DNA from: Candidatus Aminicenantes bacterium
GTDB taxonomy: Bacteria > Acidobacteriota > Aminicenantia > Aminicenantales > UBA4085
Reading direction: 5' to 3'
Assembly: GCA_963783665.1 (NCBI GenBank)
Contig: CAWANZ010000007.1
Location: 92,793-156,792, forward strand
DNA: 64,000 nt
Part shown: positions 62,457-64,000 of the stretch, one piece after another
Layout of the letters: every line of letters begins with the position of its first letter
Position numbering within the stretch: the stretch's first letter is position 1
The notes under the pieces: model-generated
The model's database searches: none
Told to the model about the DNA's origin: nothing
The model's input: the letters and a program-made list of their open reading frames with translations, nothing else
Made by a program: the position numbers and the translations under genes

Positions 62457-63440
62457 CTATTGATTCATGTGAGAATCGAGAATGATGCGGCAGAGTTCCT
62501 CCGGCCGCGGCGGCTCGGCGGGAAGACGGATTTCCTCCACCTTCACTCCGGCCGCAAGCGTCTGCAACAAATGAAAAAGGCGAAGCCGGTTTCCGGTATC
62601 CCCCATGGAATGGAGACAAAAGACGTGTTCCACAAGAGCCTGAAATTTGGCCGCGCCCGTGAGGTTTTCGAAAACGAGGGATGAATTCTGCGTCCGGCGC
62701 AGGATGAATATCTTCTTTAAAGAGGAAGGGACCTTCTTGAAATTAGTCCGGGCCAGGACGGCGATTTTATTCAAGGCCGGTTTTACCGGACCCGCAATCG
62801 TATGCTCGAATTTGATGTTCCGTAAAGCGTCGCCCCAAACCCTGATTTCAGGTATTCCCGGGACTACCCGGGGGCCGTCATCCTGAAAATCAATCACCGC
62901 CACATTGTCATCCAAGTATAGAAATCCGGCATTTAGAAAAGCGACGGCCATGGTGGACTTGCCGGCCCCGGATTCGGCGCAGATCGTGAAACACGACTCT
63001 CCGCGGCAGAGCGTGCTGCCGTGGAGGGGAAGCAGCCCGAGCTGGTGGAATATCCCGGCCAGAGCCCATCCCAGCAGCATTTGCCTGATCACGCCGGGAT
63101 TTCCCCCGGGGAGCCGTTCGACCGTTATGGTCTTGCCTTCTGAGATGAGAATCGTGGCGCTTTTCGACCCGCGGAGAAGGATCCTGCCCGGCGAGGCTTC
63201 AATCCGCACGGAGTCCGGCGGGACGTAGTCTGGGCCGAAAATCACGCCATGCCGGATCTCGATATCGGCCGCTCCGGAAGCAGGAGCGGCGGGCCACTGG
63301 GGAAAACGGATTTCAGATGAAAAATTGAGTCCGTAGGCTTGGTAGAAGTATGGATCGCCCGAAAAGAGCTCATCGTCCATCAGCAAACCGCCAGCCGCGC
63401 CGTCACGGCTCCGGTCAGGCATGGTGGAATTCGATTCCAT
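62457..63440 (-). CDS. HPr-kinase-like (HprK-related) P-loop serine kinase
   Basis: Walker A in the HprK C-domain context: LHGSTLCRGESCFTICAESGAGKSTMAVAFLNAGFLYLDDN. Size and layout resemble RiPP-associated HprK-related kinases. The start is uncertain (63440, 63422 or 63380). Confidence 0.75.
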   Translation of the reverse strand: MESNSTMPDRSRDGAAGGLLMDDELFSGDPYFYQAYGLNFSSEIRFPQWPAAPASGAADIEIRHGVIFGPDYVPPDSVRIEASPGRILLRGSKSATILISEGKTITVERLPGGNPGVIRQMLLGWALAGIFHQLGLLPLHGSTLCRGESCFTICAESGAGKSTMAVAFLNAGFLYLDDNVAVIDFQDDGPRVVPGIPEIRVWGDALRNIKFEHTIAGPVKPALNKIAVLARTNFKKVPSSLKKIFILRRTQNSSLVFENLTGAAKFQALVEHVFCLHSMGDTGNRLRLFHLLQTLAAGVKVEEIRLPAEPPRPEELCRIILDSHMNQ

Positions 63441-63996
63441 AAAACCTCGCCGGCATGAAGCCGCGATGGTTCAAGTTATGCGGGATGCGGGCTCCCATGA
63501 AGGCAAAGCCCGGGGCGTTGACGGTCTTCCCCAGGATTTCAAGGGAACCCTCGACGAGCACGATCAACGTCTCATGGTCATCACGGTGCAACGGGATCGC
63601 ATTGCCGGATGATAGCTTGTGATAGCGCACGTTCAAGCGGGGAAGAAAGCGCGTCGGACCGGAATAGACTTCGATTGTTCCGGGCTCTTCGTCCGATAAG
63701 GCCGCCTGGCGGGCGCCCCGGCGATAAAGAAAGTGCAGCCCTGCCTTGCCGTTCGCGAACGGTGGGCTTTTACGCCATCTGATATGCAGATACTCGGCCG
63801 GTTCATCGCCGGAATTTTGGGAATTATGCGGAATTGTCGAGTCCAGAAAAAAAAGCGAACCGCTCTCAGGAGCGGACGTCCGCTTTTCCCCAGAATCGGG
63901 GTCGCGGAAGGTGAATTGAATATTGTCGGAAAGGGTAATGTGCATCTCTTCGTGATCGTGGGTGTGAATTTCATGGGGGGCGACGTTTGCGCTCAT
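63415..63996 (-). CDS. cupin-domain protein (two cupin-like halves)
   Basis: HEIHTHDHEEMHITL (HxH...E metal motif) in the N-terminal half and PLHRDDHETLIVLVEG in the C-terminal half. Overlaps the kinase ORF by 26 nt. Its upstream region lies outside the window. Confidence 0.6.
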   Translation of the reverse strand: MSANVAPHEIHTHDHEEMHITLSDNIQFTFRDPDSGEKRTSAPESGSLFFLDSTIPHNSQNSGDEPAEYLHIRWRKSPPFANGKAGLHFLYRRGARQAALSDEEPGTIEVYSGPTRFLPRLNVRYHKLSSGNAIPLHRDDHETLIVLVEGSLEILGKTVNAPGFAFMGARIPHNLNHRGFMPARFYGIEFHHA

Positions 63997-64000
63997 GACC

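Noticed and set aside
59644-64000. Calling the locus a PQQ biosynthesis operon.
   Set aside because: There is no pqqB, pqqC or pqqF. The peptide lacks the E-x3-Y pair (it has D-x3-Y with a 12-residue insertion). The rSAM has 4 rather than 7 C-terminal cysteines. A kinase and a glycosyltransferase have no role in PQQ synthesis.
59644-64000. Calling the locus a (phosphorylated) lasso peptide cluster.
   Set aside because: The leader and the kinase fit. However, the window holds no B2 transglutaminase-like protease or Asn-synthetase-like cyclase. The putative core has no Asp or Glu at positions 7-9 for a macrolactam. This remains open only if such genes lie beyond nt 64000.

Overview
GC-rich bacterial chromosomal window, gene-dense on both strands, with no transposase, phage or cas genes. 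It looks like a draft or MAG-type assembly.

Gene content in order:
- topA (5' end outside the window), a CDGSH Fe-S protein, hicAB-1 and xerC.
- A ComEA-like protein, then a minus-strand operon: histidine kinase, response regulator, Zn-ribbon SAM methyltransferase, UbiA prenyltransferase, rdgB.
- An Rrf2 regulator, a phosphate porin and pstSCAB.
- An HExxH protein and a large protein with a GspG-like C-terminal domain.
- GntR, an SPFH protein and a small membrane protein.
- hypA-hypB-hoxW-hoxHYUF, an NAD-linked bidirectional [NiFe] hydrogenase without hoxE, followed by a lipoprotein.
- tRNA-Lys and tRNA-Glu.
- A repeat-rich 4.6 kb segment with two c-di-GMP-type response regulators, a Cache protein and a nitroreductase. 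It ends at tRNA-Val.
- A long housekeeping block: rplU-rpmA-obg-nadD-rsfS-rlmH, dksA-like, comF, hsp20, rsmI, nadE, a J-domain/TPR protein, ligA, a TPR lipoprotein, murB, a DUF2520-like protein, a NYN protein, a HIT protein, murA, metY and an OMP.
- DUF362, DUF2779, an M55 peptidase, hicAB-2, gltA, lemA-htpX, tRNA-Asp and a secreted protein.

Main finding (59.4-64.0 kb): a RiPP-like cluster that I cannot assign to a described class. On the plus strand it has a sigma70-like promoter, a ~186-nt structured leader, a discrete PqqD-type RRE gene and a 48-codon precursor ORF. That ORF is absent from the supplied track, has a PqqA/lasso-like WxKPxV leader, a Ser/Thr-rich core and a C-terminal Ser. 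Converging on it from the minus strand are a radical SAM enzyme with a partial SPASM/twitch domain, a GT-B glycosyltransferase, an HPr-kinase-like P-loop kinase and a cupin. The cluster probably continues past nt 64000.

Other notable points:
- From about 27.6 to 54.4 kb, most genes are broken by 1-nt indels, including essential ones (obg, ligA, murA, murB, nadD, nadE, rplU). This pattern fits assembly error better than real pseudogenes, so coordinates there are reconstructed across frames.
- A ~115-bp direct repeat follows tRNA-Glu and tRNA-Val.
- A ~204-nt multi-hairpin element of unknown function lies at 26.7-26.9 kb.
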